Assembly: GCA_964236955.1 (NCBI GenBank)
Contig: CAXSGP010000026.1
Location: forward strand, 1-50,483
Direction: 5' to 3'
DNA from: an uncultured Oligoflexus sp.
GTDB lineage: Bacteria; Bdellovibrionota_B; Oligoflexia; Oligoflexales; Oligoflexaceae
Length of the DNA: 50,483 nt
In this document: positions 1 through 9,891 of the stretch, in pieces
Numbering within the stretch: position 1 is the first letter of the stretch
Layout of the letters: the number at the start of each line of letters is the position of its first letter
The notes under the pieces: model-generated
Databases searched by the model: none
Told to the model about the DNA's origin: nothing
The model's input: the letters and a program-made list of their open reading frames with translations, nothing else
Translations under genes and position numbers: made by a program

Positions 1-1
1 T

Positions 2-49
2 GGCAAACTCGTTGTTTAGTTTATCGCAAAACCAAAATACGAGTTTGCC
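2..49 (-). terminator. Stem-loop downstream of pilin-like gene, possible terminator or 3' stabiliser
   Basis: GGCAAACTCGT (2-12) and ACGAGTTTGCC (39-49) form a perfect 11-bp inverted repeat about 40 nt past the stop at 88; any U-tract would lie outside the window. Confidence 0.45.
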
Positions 50-87
50 TGTACCTTTCAATCACTTATCTCAAACGTCAACAGCCC

Positions 88-795
88 CTAGTTTTGATTG
101 GCAATATAACTTAAGGCTTTCTGCGAAAAGGTAGAGGCCCCGATTTCCGCCTGGTTTTCCCAGTAAAGAGCCATAGTTACGGCCATTCCAGCCGAACCGT
201 CGCGGGGTATGTTATCGACTGGCCGCTTGTCATCGCGACGACCGGTATAATCGGCGCAAGTAATTGGCTTTTCGGTTTGAAGGTCGATAAGTTCGACGGC
301 AAACTCGGCAAAAGCTACCTTGGCTCCTAAGATGGAATCTTTAGGAGCCGTATTAGCAGCCGCGGCACCCGCGGCAGAGGGTGGATTGATCTGAACGCAG
401 AAGTAGAAACGATTATCAGTTGCGGCCGGGATTTTAGGAGATTTGCAACGACCGGCTGCTAAAGCGTGAACCGGGGGAAGCTTGGCCGTATTATTGAGCC
501 CTACGATCGACGTCGTGTAGCTGAATTTCGCCGTTCCATCTATGTCCTGATCCTTAAGGACTGTGGCTGGAGCGAGGCAAGCGGCAGTCATACTTTCATG
601 AAAGAGTTGGACTACGTTATTGATCAAGGTTTGGTTTACGTCCGAATAGGATTGTTTTACCTTTAGTGCCTTTTGAACACGCTGCTGCCGAACCTTGGCC
701 TGAGAGATCAGCATTATGGAAAAGAGCACGACACTCATGACAACCAAGATGGCAACCAGCGAAAAGCCGGCCTGAGATTTTTGTGATCGATGCAT
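88..795 (-). CDS. Prepilin-type (class III signal peptide) minor pilin/pseudopilin-like protein
   Basis: N-terminus KSQAG|FSLVAILVVMSVVLF: short basic leader, G|F cleavage site and hydrophobic helix; Ala instead of Glu at +5, as in PilX/GspK-type subunits; four Cys in the globular domain. Confidence 0.75.
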   Translation of the reverse strand: MHRSQKSQAGFSLVAILVVMSVVLFSIMLISQAKVRQQRVQKALKVKQSYSDVNQTLINNVVQLFHESMTAACLAPATVLKDQDIDGTAKFSYTTSIVGLNNTAKLPPVHALAAGRCKSPKIPAATDNRFYFCVQINPPSAAGAAAANTAPKDSILGAKVAFAEFAVELIDLQTEKPITCADYTGRRDDKRPVDNIPRDGSAGMAVTMALYWENQAEIGASTFSQKALSYIANQN

Positions 796-833
796 GGTAA
801 AAGTCCTCCCCGTATAAAACCTTCTTCTGCTAG

Positions 834-860
834 ATATCGGCTCTATCTATGAAAGGTTGA
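834..860 (-). promoter_or_regulatory. sigma28 (FliA)-type promoter for pilin-like gene
   Basis: Minus strand reads TCAA-N15-GCCGATAT against consensus TAAA-N15-GCCGATAA; ends 38 nt before the ATG and lies just downstream of the E1 terminator. Confidence 0.65.
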
Positions 861-891
861 GACGCTGCCCGGACGCGGCAAAAATTGCTCC

Positions 892-920
892 AAAAAAAAC
901 GACCAAATCGCCTTTGGTCG
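892..920 (-). terminator. Rho-independent terminator of mutS2-E1 transcript
   Basis: Minus strand CGACCAAA-GGCGA-TTTGGTCG followed by T8, 20 nt after the E1 stop. Confidence 0.8.
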
Positions 921-940
921 CGTTTAACTATTTGAAAATA

Positions 941-3376
941 TTAGAAGTTTCGAGGAGGGTAAAGGCTGGGACTTCTTTCGCTCATCATCGCATATATAGA
1001 TTCAAAAATATCTTCAGCGCTAGGTTTTGTGAAATAGTCCCCGTCCGAACCATAGGGACTTCGATGCGCCATGGCCGTGAGGCTACGGGGTGGGGCATCT
1101 AGAAAATCGTAAGCACCCTGAACCTCAAGCACCTGCTGCATCATATACGAACTTGCGCCCCCGGGTACATCTTCGTCAAGAAAGAGGACGGCATTGGTCT
1201 TTTGTATTGATGAAAGGATAATTCCATTGCGATCGAAGGGCAGGAGGGTCTGCACATCGATAAGTTCCATCGACAGACCCAATTTTTCCAAAAGTGTAAT
1301 AGCCTCACGGGCAACGGCAACACAGGCTCCGTAGGTAACAAGAGTGATATCGCTGCCCGGGTGAAGGACTTCGGGAACACCCAAGGGTATGCGGAAATTG
1401 GCAAGATTATCAGGAACCGCTTCCTTGACCCGGTAGCCGTTGAGGACTTCGACCACGAGGGCGGGATCATCACTGTCCAGGAGGGTGTTGTACAGGCCCG
1501 CAGCCTGAACCATGTTGCGCGGCACACAGATATAAATACCGCGCAAACCATGGATGATCATTCCCATCGGCGAGCCGGAATGCCAGACGCCTTCAAGCCG
1601 GTGGCCCTTGGTTCGAATGATCACAGGCGCGATCTGCCCACCGGCTGTTCGGTAGTGTAGCGAGGCGAGGTCGTCCGACATCAACTGAAAGGCATAAAGC
1701 AGATAATCAAGGTACTGAATATCGACGATAGGACGCAGACCACGCAGCGCCGCGCCGAAACCTTGGCCAAAAATCGTCGCCTCCCGTATACCCGTATCCG
1801 TTACCCGCATATCGCCATGCTTTTCACTTAAGCCTTCGAATTCGAGATTCACGCCTCCCAACTGGCCAATGTCTTCGCCCACGATAAAGAGCCGGGGATC
1901 ACGCGCCAGATGATGATCGAAGCATCTTTGTATGATGACACGACCATCGACGATCTCCTTGTCGGCGCCATAGCTGGCAGGGACTTCCTGCTGAAGAAGA
2001 GCGGAACGATCCGACTCGATCATGAGGTGGCTGTTGTAGCGACGGGCGTTTTCGCGTTTGTAGCGGGAAACGAACGCGAAAACCGCAGCTTCGGCTTTCG
2101 AATCCTTAAGTTGATAGAGCAGGCGCCGGGCGCTTTGCAGGATGGCCTTGCGGCTGAGTCCCTGGGCTCTTTCCAGCTTGGGAATCTCGGATTTTATCAG
2201 GGTCTCCTGACCAGAAAACTGACGATAAATCGCCAATAATTCTTCGCGCTCGAGGATCAACGGCGCTTGATATTCGTTCCAGGCTTCGTTGCGGAGGGCC
2301 AAGACCTCAGCCCGCACAAGCTCTTCCATTGTATGCAGGGCATCTGGCGTCGCAAAGCCCTCGGCAACGATCCACTCCTGGGTCTTGACGAGGCAGTCGA
2401 TCGAAGCTTCATAGGAAAGTCTGTCCTTGGATTTATAACGCTCGTGACTTCCTGAAGTGGAGTGACCCTGGGGCTGGGAAAGTTCGATGACGTGAATCAA
2501 AGCGGGAATATGATGGGCCCTGGCATTGGCAGCGGCCTGGCGATAGGCGAGAGCCATTTCGGGATAATTCCAACCGCGAACGGTATAGATATGAAAACCA
2601 TTGGTGTCCGTTTCACGGGCAAAGCCAGCACACACCCTGGATATGGATTCTTTTACGGTTTGGAATTTATTCGGAACAGATATACCGTATCCATCATCCC
2701 ACACCGATATAATCATCGGCACATCAAGCACACCGGCGGCATTGAGGGTTTCCCAGAAAATGCCCTCCGAAGTACTGGCATTTCCAATCGTACCGAAGGC
2801 GATCTCACGGCCGCCGATTGAGAATTGTTTAGCGGCATCGCTATCTGGAAATAGTCGGTAATATTTGGAAGCATAAGCAAGTCCTAACAAACGGCCCATT
2901 TGTGCCGCCGTCGGCGAAGCGTCGGCGCTGGTATTGACCATTTCCGTCTGGTTTTTCCAACTGCCGTCTTCGTTTAACGAGCGCGTTGCAAAATGGGCGT
3001 TCATCTGCCGGCCACCCGACGCTGGCTCGTGAGCCAGCGTCGTATCGGCGTAAAGCTGCGCGAAAAACTGCTTAACCGTCAAGGCGCCTATTGCCATCAT
3101 CAGAGTCTGATCGCGATAGTAGCCGGAGCGCCAGTCACCTTTTTCAAACACTTTGGCCAAAGCGATCTGAGCGATCTCCTTGCCGTCGCCAAAGATACCG
3201 AATTTGGCTTTGCCGGATAAAACCTCCTTGCGGCCCAGAAGGCTCATTTCGCGGCTGGTAAGGGCCATGCGATAGTCTTCGAGGACGTGGCTCCGGTCGA
3301 GTTCCGGAGAGAGTTTTATATTTTTCATGAGGCGCTCCGCTTGATCCGCACTTGATAGATCCATTTTATTTACCAC
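941..3376 (-). CDS. Fused alpha/beta E1 component of a 2-oxoacid (probably branched-chain) dehydrogenase, TPP-dependent
   Basis: 811 aa; GKAKFGIFGDGKE and SGYYRDQ alpha motifs, GHSTSG loop, beta part with GEDIG..GGV, DTGIRE and transketolase C-terminal domain. Confidence 0.9.
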   Translation of the reverse strand: MVNKMDLSSADQAERLMKNIKLSPELDRSHVLEDYRMALTSREMSLLGRKEVLSGKAKFGIFGDGKEIAQIALAKVFEKGDWRSGYYRDQTLMMAIGALTVKQFFAQLYADTTLAHEPASGGRQMNAHFATRSLNEDGSWKNQTEMVNTSADASPTAAQMGRLLGLAYASKYYRLFPDSDAAKQFSIGGREIAFGTIGNASTSEGIFWETLNAAGVLDVPMIISVWDDGYGISVPNKFQTVKESISRVCAGFARETDTNGFHIYTVRGWNYPEMALAYRQAAANARAHHIPALIHVIELSQPQGHSTSGSHERYKSKDRLSYEASIDCLVKTQEWIVAEGFATPDALHTMEELVRAEVLALRNEAWNEYQAPLILEREELLAIYRQFSGQETLIKSEIPKLERAQGLSRKAILQSARRLLYQLKDSKAEAAVFAFVSRYKRENARRYNSHLMIESDRSALLQQEVPASYGADKEIVDGRVIIQRCFDHHLARDPRLFIVGEDIGQLGGVNLEFEGLSEKHGDMRVTDTGIREATIFGQGFGAALRGLRPIVDIQYLDYLLYAFQLMSDDLASLHYRTAGGQIAPVIIRTKGHRLEGVWHSGSPMGMIIHGLRGIYICVPRNMVQAAGLYNTLLDSDDPALVVEVLNGYRVKEAVPDNLANFRIPLGVPEVLHPGSDITLVTYGACVAVAREAITLLEKLGLSMELIDVQTLLPFDRNGIILSSIQKTNAVLFLDEDVPGGASSYMMQQVLEVQGAYDFLDAPPRSLTAMAHRSPYGSDGDYFTKPSAEDIFESIYAMMSERSPSLYPPRNF

Positions 3377-3415
3377 AGGCTTTGGAGTGAAGGCTATGGG
3401 TCGCCTTCTCGATTA

Positions 3416-5875
3416 TCAGTGACGCAACTGAACCACGGTGACACCATCCCCGCCTTCTTCCGCTTCACCTGGGCGGAAGTCGAGTGCATACGGCGCATCT
3501 TTTGCCAAGGCCCGACGCAACGCTTTTTTCAGGGTATCCGTGCCATGACCATGAATCAGGATCACGAAAGTCTCGCCGCGCAGGACCGCTTTATCGATGA
3601 AACTCCAGGTGCGGTCGAGAGCGCTGTCGGCGTCCATCCCCCGTAAATCCAGGCTATTCGTTAAAGTAGGTATGGTGAAGGCCACTTCACCCTTGTCGCG
3701 TTGCGGCGCGACGGTGGTAATCCGGCTTCGGGAGGGGGATTTGGAGGTTTCCTTTTCTTCGCCAAGGATACGCAGATCGCTCAGCTGCGGCTTGATCTTA
3801 AGCAGCCCGGCTTTGACTTCGATCTGTACGTTCGGTTCCCCTTGCACCTTGCTGACCACGGCGGACTTGTTCATCGAGACGATAAAAACCCTGGTGCCTT
3901 CTTTTATATCACTCAGATTTGCCGGCTGACCTGGCAGTTTATCAATGCTGTGGAATTCCCGCGCCAGTTCTTCAAGACTGTTTTGCACGCCACGATTTTT
4001 GTTATCGAGGCGATTTTGCGATTCCCTTATCAATTCCCGCAACTGATCAGGAGCGGCCGGCGCTTTTTTCTGCTCCTTGAGCAAGTCCCGCAATTCTTCA
4101 AGCATGCCTTCATATTCGGTTTTCAGATTGTCGATCTGATCCTGATAGCGGGCTTTTATCTTGGTCGAAGTATCCTGCTTGGAGCTGGCAAGAGCCGCTC
4201 TCTCCTGTTCCCATCTGTGTTTTTGACTTTCCATGTCGAGCTTAAGCTGACCGTATCGCATTTTTTCCTGGGCGGCTTCCTCACGAAGCGCCATCCAACT
4301 GTCAAGAATCTGTTCCATGTTGCTGCTCGACCGACCGCGAAGATCCTTCGCCCTTTCGATCACATGCTTGGGCAGGCCGATCTGCTCAGCAACTTCGATA
4401 CCATAGCTCTGACCTGGAATATCAAGCACCAATCGGTAGGTCGGGGTGAGATTCCTGGTTGAGAATTCCATCGAACCATTACGGAAGCGCTTGTCATTGA
4501 GCGCGAGACTCTTGAGATTATCGAAGTGGGTCGTGACGATCGCTGTCGCCCGGCGGTTGGCCAACTCCTCAAGGACAGCCTGGCCAATGGCGCTGCCGGT
4601 GTGAGGTTCGGTGCCCACTGCAAGTTCATCGAGCAGGATAAGATCGTGGGGGCCGGCTTGCTGTAAGACGGGCTTAAGGCCCATGAGATGGCCGGAGAAA
4701 GTCGAGAGATTGGCCGAGAGGTTTTGAGCATCACCGATCTCGACAAAAATATTGTCGAAGAGATAGATCTCCGATTGGGGATCGAGGGGAAGCAGCAGCC
4801 TTGCCTTTGCCATGAGGTGGAGCAAGCCAACTGTTTTAAGGACTACGGTTTTGCCGCCGGCATTGGGGCCCGAGACGATGAGTGAGAGTTGACCATCTTC
4901 GAGACCGACGTTATTGGCGACGGTCTTGAAGCCCTGACGCATGTCAAGCAGCGGATGCCGGGCCCTGTGGAACGATAAACCGGGCTGATCCCGCAGCGCC
5001 GCGACGCCGGCATCGAGTTTAGAGGCCAGACTGGCCTCGGCACTTAAGATGTCCAGTTCCACAAGTTGCTTATAGTTGTTATCTATCGTATCGAGCTCAG
5101 CGGCGATCTGCGCGCTCAGTTCTTTGAAGATGCGCAGAATCTCTAGCTTTTCTGAACTTTCGAGTTCAAGCAGAGCGTCGTTCATCGGCCGAACTTCTGC
5201 CAGTTCCATATAAAGGGTCTGGCCTGACGCCGAAGTATCATAGATCGAGCCCTTTACCCGACCGCGTCCATCGACACGCATGGGAACCACATAGCGATCG
5301 GAGCGAATGGTGAAAATTTTGTCCTGGACATAGGTTTCCACATCCTGATCGGTGAGCAGCTGTTTGATCGTCGATTCGATTTTTCTGCGCATCGATAGCT
5401 TTTGCTGACGAATGCGGGTCAACTCAGGGGAGGCATCGTCGAGCAGGTCGCCGTCGGGCGAAATCGTTTTTTCAATCGTGCGTGCGAGTTTCGGCAAGGG
5501 TTGTATGAGTCGATAGAATTTCCCTAAGGTCTTACATCGCTCCTGCTTGTCCATTGCAAATTGATGAACGCCGCGCACCATCTGCAAAAGGGTATAAACA
5601 CTCCATATCGCTTCGCCTTCGAGTATCTGCCCGAGGGAGACGGCACGAAACGTGAGATGCATCTCTGGCAATTCACCAATGGGCGGTCGATAGCCCGAGC
5701 GAACAAGGTCGCGCAGGGGCAGGACGTCCTGCCAGCGCAGTTCAATATCAAGTTTATCAAAGCTCGGTTTGAGGTTGATACAGTTAAGATGGCCCTCGAC
5801 GGTACTGGCTTCGGCGGCAAGGGCCTCGCAAAGCTGGGGCCATTGAAGCTTTTCTAACGTTAGCGCATTTATCAT
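3416..5875 (-). CDS. mutS2: Endonuclease MutS2
   Basis: DDASPEL, SASGQTLYME, Walker A SGPNAGGKT, LSTFSGH, LLDE..GTEP, TTH, coiled coil, C-terminal Smr domain LDLRG...IHGHG...GGDGVTVV. Confidence 0.95.
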   Translation of the reverse strand: MINALTLEKLQWPQLCEALAAEASTVEGHLNCINLKPSFDKLDIELRWQDVLPLRDLVRSGYRPPIGELPEMHLTFRAVSLGQILEGEAIWSVYTLLQMVRGVHQFAMDKQERCKTLGKFYRLIQPLPKLARTIEKTISPDGDLLDDASPELTRIRQQKLSMRRKIESTIKQLLTDQDVETYVQDKIFTIRSDRYVVPMRVDGRGRVKGSIYDTSASGQTLYMELAEVRPMNDALLELESSEKLEILRIFKELSAQIAAELDTIDNNYKQLVELDILSAEASLASKLDAGVAALRDQPGLSFHRARHPLLDMRQGFKTVANNVGLEDGQLSLIVSGPNAGGKTVVLKTVGLLHLMAKARLLLPLDPQSEIYLFDNIFVEIGDAQNLSANLSTFSGHLMGLKPVLQQAGPHDLILLDELAVGTEPHTGSAIGQAVLEELANRRATAIVTTHFDNLKSLALNDKRFRNGSMEFSTRNLTPTYRLVLDIPGQSYGIEVAEQIGLPKHVIERAKDLRGRSSSNMEQILDSWMALREEAAQEKMRYGQLKLDMESQKHRWEQERAALASSKQDTSTKIKARYQDQIDNLKTEYEGMLEELRDLLKEQKKAPAAPDQLRELIRESQNRLDNKNRGVQNSLEELAREFHSIDKLPGQPANLSDIKEGTRVFIVSMNKSAVVSKVQGEPNVQIEVKAGLLKIKPQLSDLRILGEEKETSKSPSRSRITTVAPQRDKGEVAFTIPTLTNSLDLRGMDADSALDRTWSFIDKAVLRGETFVILIHGHGTDTLKKALRRALAKDAPYALDFRPGEAEEGGDGVTVVQLRH

Positions 5876-6021
5876 TCAGGCTATTCCTTTGCAGGGTCTC
5901 TACAAGCCGCCCGGAGTCTCCGGTAAAGCTTTTCTTTATAATAGTTTTCTTATTTTTTTGAGAGTGAATATAATGGTTTCGATATCATTTTGACAGACAC
6001 AATGGGCAGCTGCGAGGATTC

Positions 6022-6861
6022 ATGCACAGGATTGACATTATAACCATGCTTCTAAGCCCTTTCCCCTACTTTATTTTCGCTCCGGGGTGCCTGTTTGGGA
6101 GTTTTTTCAACGTATGCATTTATCGCATACCGCGAGAAATTTTTTGGAAAACAAGCCGATCCCATTGTCCTGCCTGTAACGCTCCTATACCTTCCTGGCA
6201 TAATGTGCCTGTCTTTTCCTGGATCCTGCTTCGGGGCAAGGCCGCCTGCTGTGGCGCTAAAATCTCCATTCAGTATCCCTTGGTCGAACTGGGGACGGGT
6301 GGGCTCTGGGTGTTGATCTACTGGTGCTTTCCCTTCTTTTTGGGTCATACGGACCGGCTCATTTTTGATTCTGCCGAACTCCTGCGCTTTGCTCATGCCT
6401 TAATTTTTTGCAGCGTACTTCTCATTTGTTCCGTGATCGATCTCGAACATCAGATTATTCCCGATGTTCTGAGCCTGCCGATGATCGCCCTGGCGCCGGT
6501 CGCCGCCTTTTTCCATCCGGAACTCAGTCTAAAAAGCTGTCTTATAGGTATCGCCTTAGGCGGCGGCCTGTTCTATGGCCTGGCCTGGCTCTACTTTCTT
6601 ATTCGTAAGGAGTATGGACTCGGATTGGGCGATGTCAAGCTCCTGGCCGCAATCGGCGGCTGGCTGGGATATCAGTCGGTGCTCACCACTATTTTCTGGG
6701 CGTCCATGCTGGGATCTGTTATCGGCGTAACCACAATAATAATCAGTCGGAAAAAAACCGATCTGAAACTAAAATTGCCCTTCGGCCCCTTCCTTTCCTT
6801 CGCGGCTATCGTGCTTTTGCTCTTTGGCAATGAACTTTCGACCTTTATCATAACCTTCTGA
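6022..6861 (+). CDS. pilD: Prepilin peptidase / N-methyltransferase
   Basis: GSFFNVCIYRIP, SHCPAC and AACC zinc site, IDLEHQIIPD and GLGDVKL catalytic Asp motifs, LPFGPFL. Confidence 0.95.
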   Translation: MHRIDIITMLLSPFPYFIFAPGCLFGSFFNVCIYRIPREIFWKTSRSHCPACNAPIPSWHNVPVFSWILLRGKAACCGAKISIQYPLVELGTGGLWVLIYWCFPFFLGHTDRLIFDSAELLRFAHALIFCSVLLICSVIDLEHQIIPDVLSLPMIALAPVAAFFHPELSLKSCLIGIALGGGLFYGLAWLYFLIRKEYGLGLGDVKLLAAIGGWLGYQSVLTTIFWASMLGSVIGVTTIIISRKKTDLKLKLPFGPFLSFAAIVLLLFGNELSTFIITF

Positions 6862-6876
6862 TGCGGAGCTCTGTTT

Positions 6877-7950
6877 ATGCCCATTAAGCCTAAGCCCACA
6901 CTCACTTTGAAGGCCCGTCCCGGCAGCACCGAGGAAGTATTCGCCAAAACCCTGGCCGGTGCGGAGACGCTTTGGCGCGAGACTCATATCGAAAGTCTCA
7001 TCGAACGCACGATGGAACTCTTTCATAAAAACTTTTCCATTTATTCGATGACACTTCTGCGCTTGTCCCGCGATCAGAAGGATAATCCCAAAGTTTTGCC
7101 GGGCCCCGACCAGCACGGGTTTTTCAATACGGAGCGTCAGAAGGCCTTGATCAAACGCCTGGCTCCGATTCAAACCAACGCCCGGGACTATTCCGAAGGC
7201 ATCAACAGCATTCAGATGGAATCGCGTAATATAAATTTTGCTTTGATTGGAGATACCGATCAGGACACCTACATCCTCTTATGGTTGGACAGCGAAACGC
7301 CGACCGACAGTACGGATGTGGCCGTTGATTTTTTGGTGCGGCAGATGCAAAATACTTACCGCTGGTTCTCCCGGATGACAGAAACCCAAACTCTTTTGCA
7401 TCTCGATGATCTCACCGGACTCTACAATCATCGCTATATGGACGTCGCCCTGGACCGTGAAACCAAACGCTCCCTGCGCTACGGATCGAATTTTTGTCTG
7501 CTGTTCATCGATCTCGATAATTTCAAACCTGTTAATGATAACTATGGACACCTGGCCGGAAGCCAGGTCCTGCGTGAAATTGCCGCTATAATCCGGGCGA
7601 CGGTTCGTGATGTGGATCTGGTCTTTCGCTTTGGGGGCGACGAGTTTGTCGTCATCCTGATCGAAGCGGATTCCGCTACCGGGCTGCGCACGGCGAATCG
7701 TATACAGGAACGGATTGAAGCCTCTAAATTTGTCGTTGGCGCCGATGCCATCGCCAAGGTGACAAGTTCGATCGGCGTCGCCGCGTTTCCCGAGCATGCC
7801 GACAATAAAGAGCGATTGATCGCCATCGCCGACGAATGTATGTACGAGGGGAAACGTCGTGGCAAAAACCAAAGCGTCCTGGCTCGAGCGAATTCAGCCT
7901 ATAGTCCACCCGTTTCCCAAAAGGAAGGCAAAACATGGCCAAACCGTTGA
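6877..7950 (+). CDS. Diguanylate cyclase (GGDEF domain) with uncharacterised N-terminal domain
   Basis: DDLTGLYNHR, DLDNFKPVNDNYGHLAG, RxxD I-site (RDVD), RFGGDEF active site. Confidence 0.93.
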   Translation: MPIKPKPTLTLKARPGSTEEVFAKTLAGAETLWRETHIESLIERTMELFHKNFSIYSMTLLRLSRDQKDNPKVLPGPDQHGFFNTERQKALIKRLAPIQTNARDYSEGINSIQMESRNINFALIGDTDQDTYILLWLDSETPTDSTDVAVDFLVRQMQNTYRWFSRMTETQTLLHLDDLTGLYNHRYMDVALDRETKRSLRYGSNFCLLFIDLDNFKPVNDNYGHLAGSQVLREIAAIIRATVRDVDLVFRFGGDEFVVILIEADSATGLRTANRIQERIEASKFVVGADAIAKVTSSIGVAAFPEHADNKERLIAIADECMYEGKRRGKNQSVLARANSAYSPPVSQKEGKTWPNR

Positions 7951-8450
7951 GAATAGAGAAATCCTCGGAACTCAGTGAAGTAATCATGACGGAGATGGTT
8001 CTTCCTCAGCACACCAATCCCATAGGGACAGTGTTTGGAGGGGTTATCATGTCCTGGGTGGACATCGCGGCCGCAATCTGTGCGGAGCGTCACTCCAATA
8101 AACAGGTCGTCACCGCCTCGGTGGACGCCCTTGAATTTTTGGCACCAATTAAACTCGGTTGGATCGTGACGCTTAAAGCCTCGGTAAATTATGTATGGAC
8201 CACCAGCTGCGAAGTCGGGGTCAAGGTCACGGCGGAAAATTCCCGTACGGGCGAGTTTTTCCATACCGCCACGGCTTATATCACGATGGTGGCACTTGAC
8301 AGCCACGGCAAGCCTACCGGCATCCCCCTGGTTATTCCGGAGACCGAGGCTCAAAAGCGGCGGCACGATGAGGCCAGGTTTCGCCGTATTTCACGGCTTG
8401 AATTGAAAAAACAAAATGCTGAACGCGCCAACCAGAAAGAAGCTCCATGA
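7935..8450 (+). CDS. Acyl-CoA thioesterase (hotdog fold, YciA-like)
   Basis: VLPQHTNPIGTVFGGVIMSWVDIAAA, VVTASVD..F..PI motifs. Confidence 0.92.
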   Translation: MAKPLRIEKSSELSEVIMTEMVLPQHTNPIGTVFGGVIMSWVDIAAAICAERHSNKQVVTASVDALEFLAPIKLGWIVTLKASVNYVWTTSCEVGVKVTAENSRTGEFFHTATAYITMVALDSHGKPTGIPLVIPETEAQKRRHDEARFRRISRLELKKQNAERANQKEAP

Positions 8451-9787
8451 TGCGAAGCATCGCCCATACCAACGTTCCTTCCCCACGTGGACTCTTTGCG
8501 GCGTTTAGAGGCGTTTGGTTCCTGCTCATGCTGAGCGGATCGGCATGGAATCTGAGCCTTGGATCAAGCCCCCTGGCGGCGCAGGGAATAGAGCCTGCGA
8601 CCAGCCCGGAGGAAATGGCTCAAATCGAAATCTATCTCCATACAATCGATGTCGGAAATATGATTTACGATAACTTTGGGCATACTGCCATACGGGTGAT
8701 CGATCATAGGAATGGCAGCGATATCGTCTACAACTGGGGGCAGTTTTCTTTTCAAGATCCTGTGGTTTTCGCCTTCGATTTCTATAAGGGGCATTTGAAT
8801 TACAGTCTGGGCGCCTATCAGTTTAGTGGCGCATTACGCGCCTATGAACGCGACAGCCGGACAGTCTGGGAAGACCGGATCAACTTTAAGCCTATGGAAA
8901 AGGCGATTTTTTTAAAACGATTGGCTTGGAACAATCGACCGGAACACCGCGAGTATGCTTATCAATACTTTTTTGATAATTGTGCCACAAGACCAAGAGA
9001 CTACTTGAATGAGGCACTGGGCGGGGTCTTGTTTGAGCGCTATGAAAAAGCTTTGAGCAGTAAGACCTTTCGTGATTTTGTGAGGGACGGCTATCAATCC
9101 GATCCGGGAATGGATGTGCTGCTCGACTTTGGCATGAACAGCAACCTCGACCGCTTCGCAACATCCTGGGAAACCATGTTTCATCCGCTTTACCTACGAT
9201 CACTTCTGCTCGAATACTCTAAAGGGGAAAGGCCACTGCTCAGTGATGGCCATGTCCTTGTCCAACGACAGAGGCCGGATGCCTATCCGAAACTTGCCTA
9301 TTCGCTCATCCTCCTGGTCGGGGGTCTGCCTTTCATACCGTTGGCCATTGGCTTATTTATGCAGCAGAAGAAGGCGGAGCCCTCCCGCATTCTCTATCGC
9401 CTGTTTGGGGCGCTGGCGAGTGTGTGGCTAGGCTCAGGAGCGCTATTTGGTTTTTTGATGGCTTTGAGTTGGGCGATTTCCGAGCATTTGGATTTGCATC
9501 ACAATGCGACACTCTTTTTATTTTGGCCTATCGATATTTTTGCGTTTGCCCTGGCACTCATGATCCTGTTTAAGGGACGGCCTCTGGAGCTGGGTAGAGG
9601 AGCTTACACTTTCGCGCGCGTTTATCTGCTTGTTCATATCATTGTGAGTCTCCTGCTTCCTTGTCTGCGGATGCTGGGCTTGATTGTTCAGGACGTCGAT
9701 CGGGTTAGTGTTTTCCTTCTTCCGCCCTATCTCGTCATTCTCCTGAAGCTCTATCGGGTCGGCCTGCGACAAAAGCCGCAACGCTAG
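8447..9787 (+). CDS. DUF4105 / Lnb-like membrane protein, putative lipoprotein N-acyltransferase
   Basis: Signal-like N-terminus; FGHTAIRV, VYNWG, YAYQYFFDNCATR (His/Cys papain-like motifs); about five C-terminal TM helices. Confidence 0.75.
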   Translation: MMRSIAHTNVPSPRGLFAAFRGVWFLLMLSGSAWNLSLGSSPLAAQGIEPATSPEEMAQIEIYLHTIDVGNMIYDNFGHTAIRVIDHRNGSDIVYNWGQFSFQDPVVFAFDFYKGHLNYSLGAYQFSGALRAYERDSRTVWEDRINFKPMEKAIFLKRLAWNNRPEHREYAYQYFFDNCATRPRDYLNEALGGVLFERYEKALSSKTFRDFVRDGYQSDPGMDVLLDFGMNSNLDRFATSWETMFHPLYLRSLLLEYSKGERPLLSDGHVLVQRQRPDAYPKLAYSLILLVGGLPFIPLAIGLFMQQKKAEPSRILYRLFGALASVWLGSGALFGFLMALSWAISEHLDLHHNATLFLFWPIDIFAFALALMILFKGRPLELGRGAYTFARVYLLVHIIVSLLLPCLRMLGLIVQDVDRVSVFLLPPYLVILLKLYRVGLRQKPQR

Positions 9788-9891
9788 AGGAATTAAATCG
9801 TTCGCCATCGTGCTGCTCGGGTCCTGACATCCTCAGTTTGGTCATAGTTTAAAGATTCAAAATGCCTCGAAGGCAGTTGGTGAAAGCGATT

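Noticed and set aside
3701..4462. 253-aa antisense ORF within mutS2, and similar antisense ORFs at 27256-27870, 35214-36029 and 41451-42089
   Set aside because: All lie fully opposite confident genes and have no domain-like features
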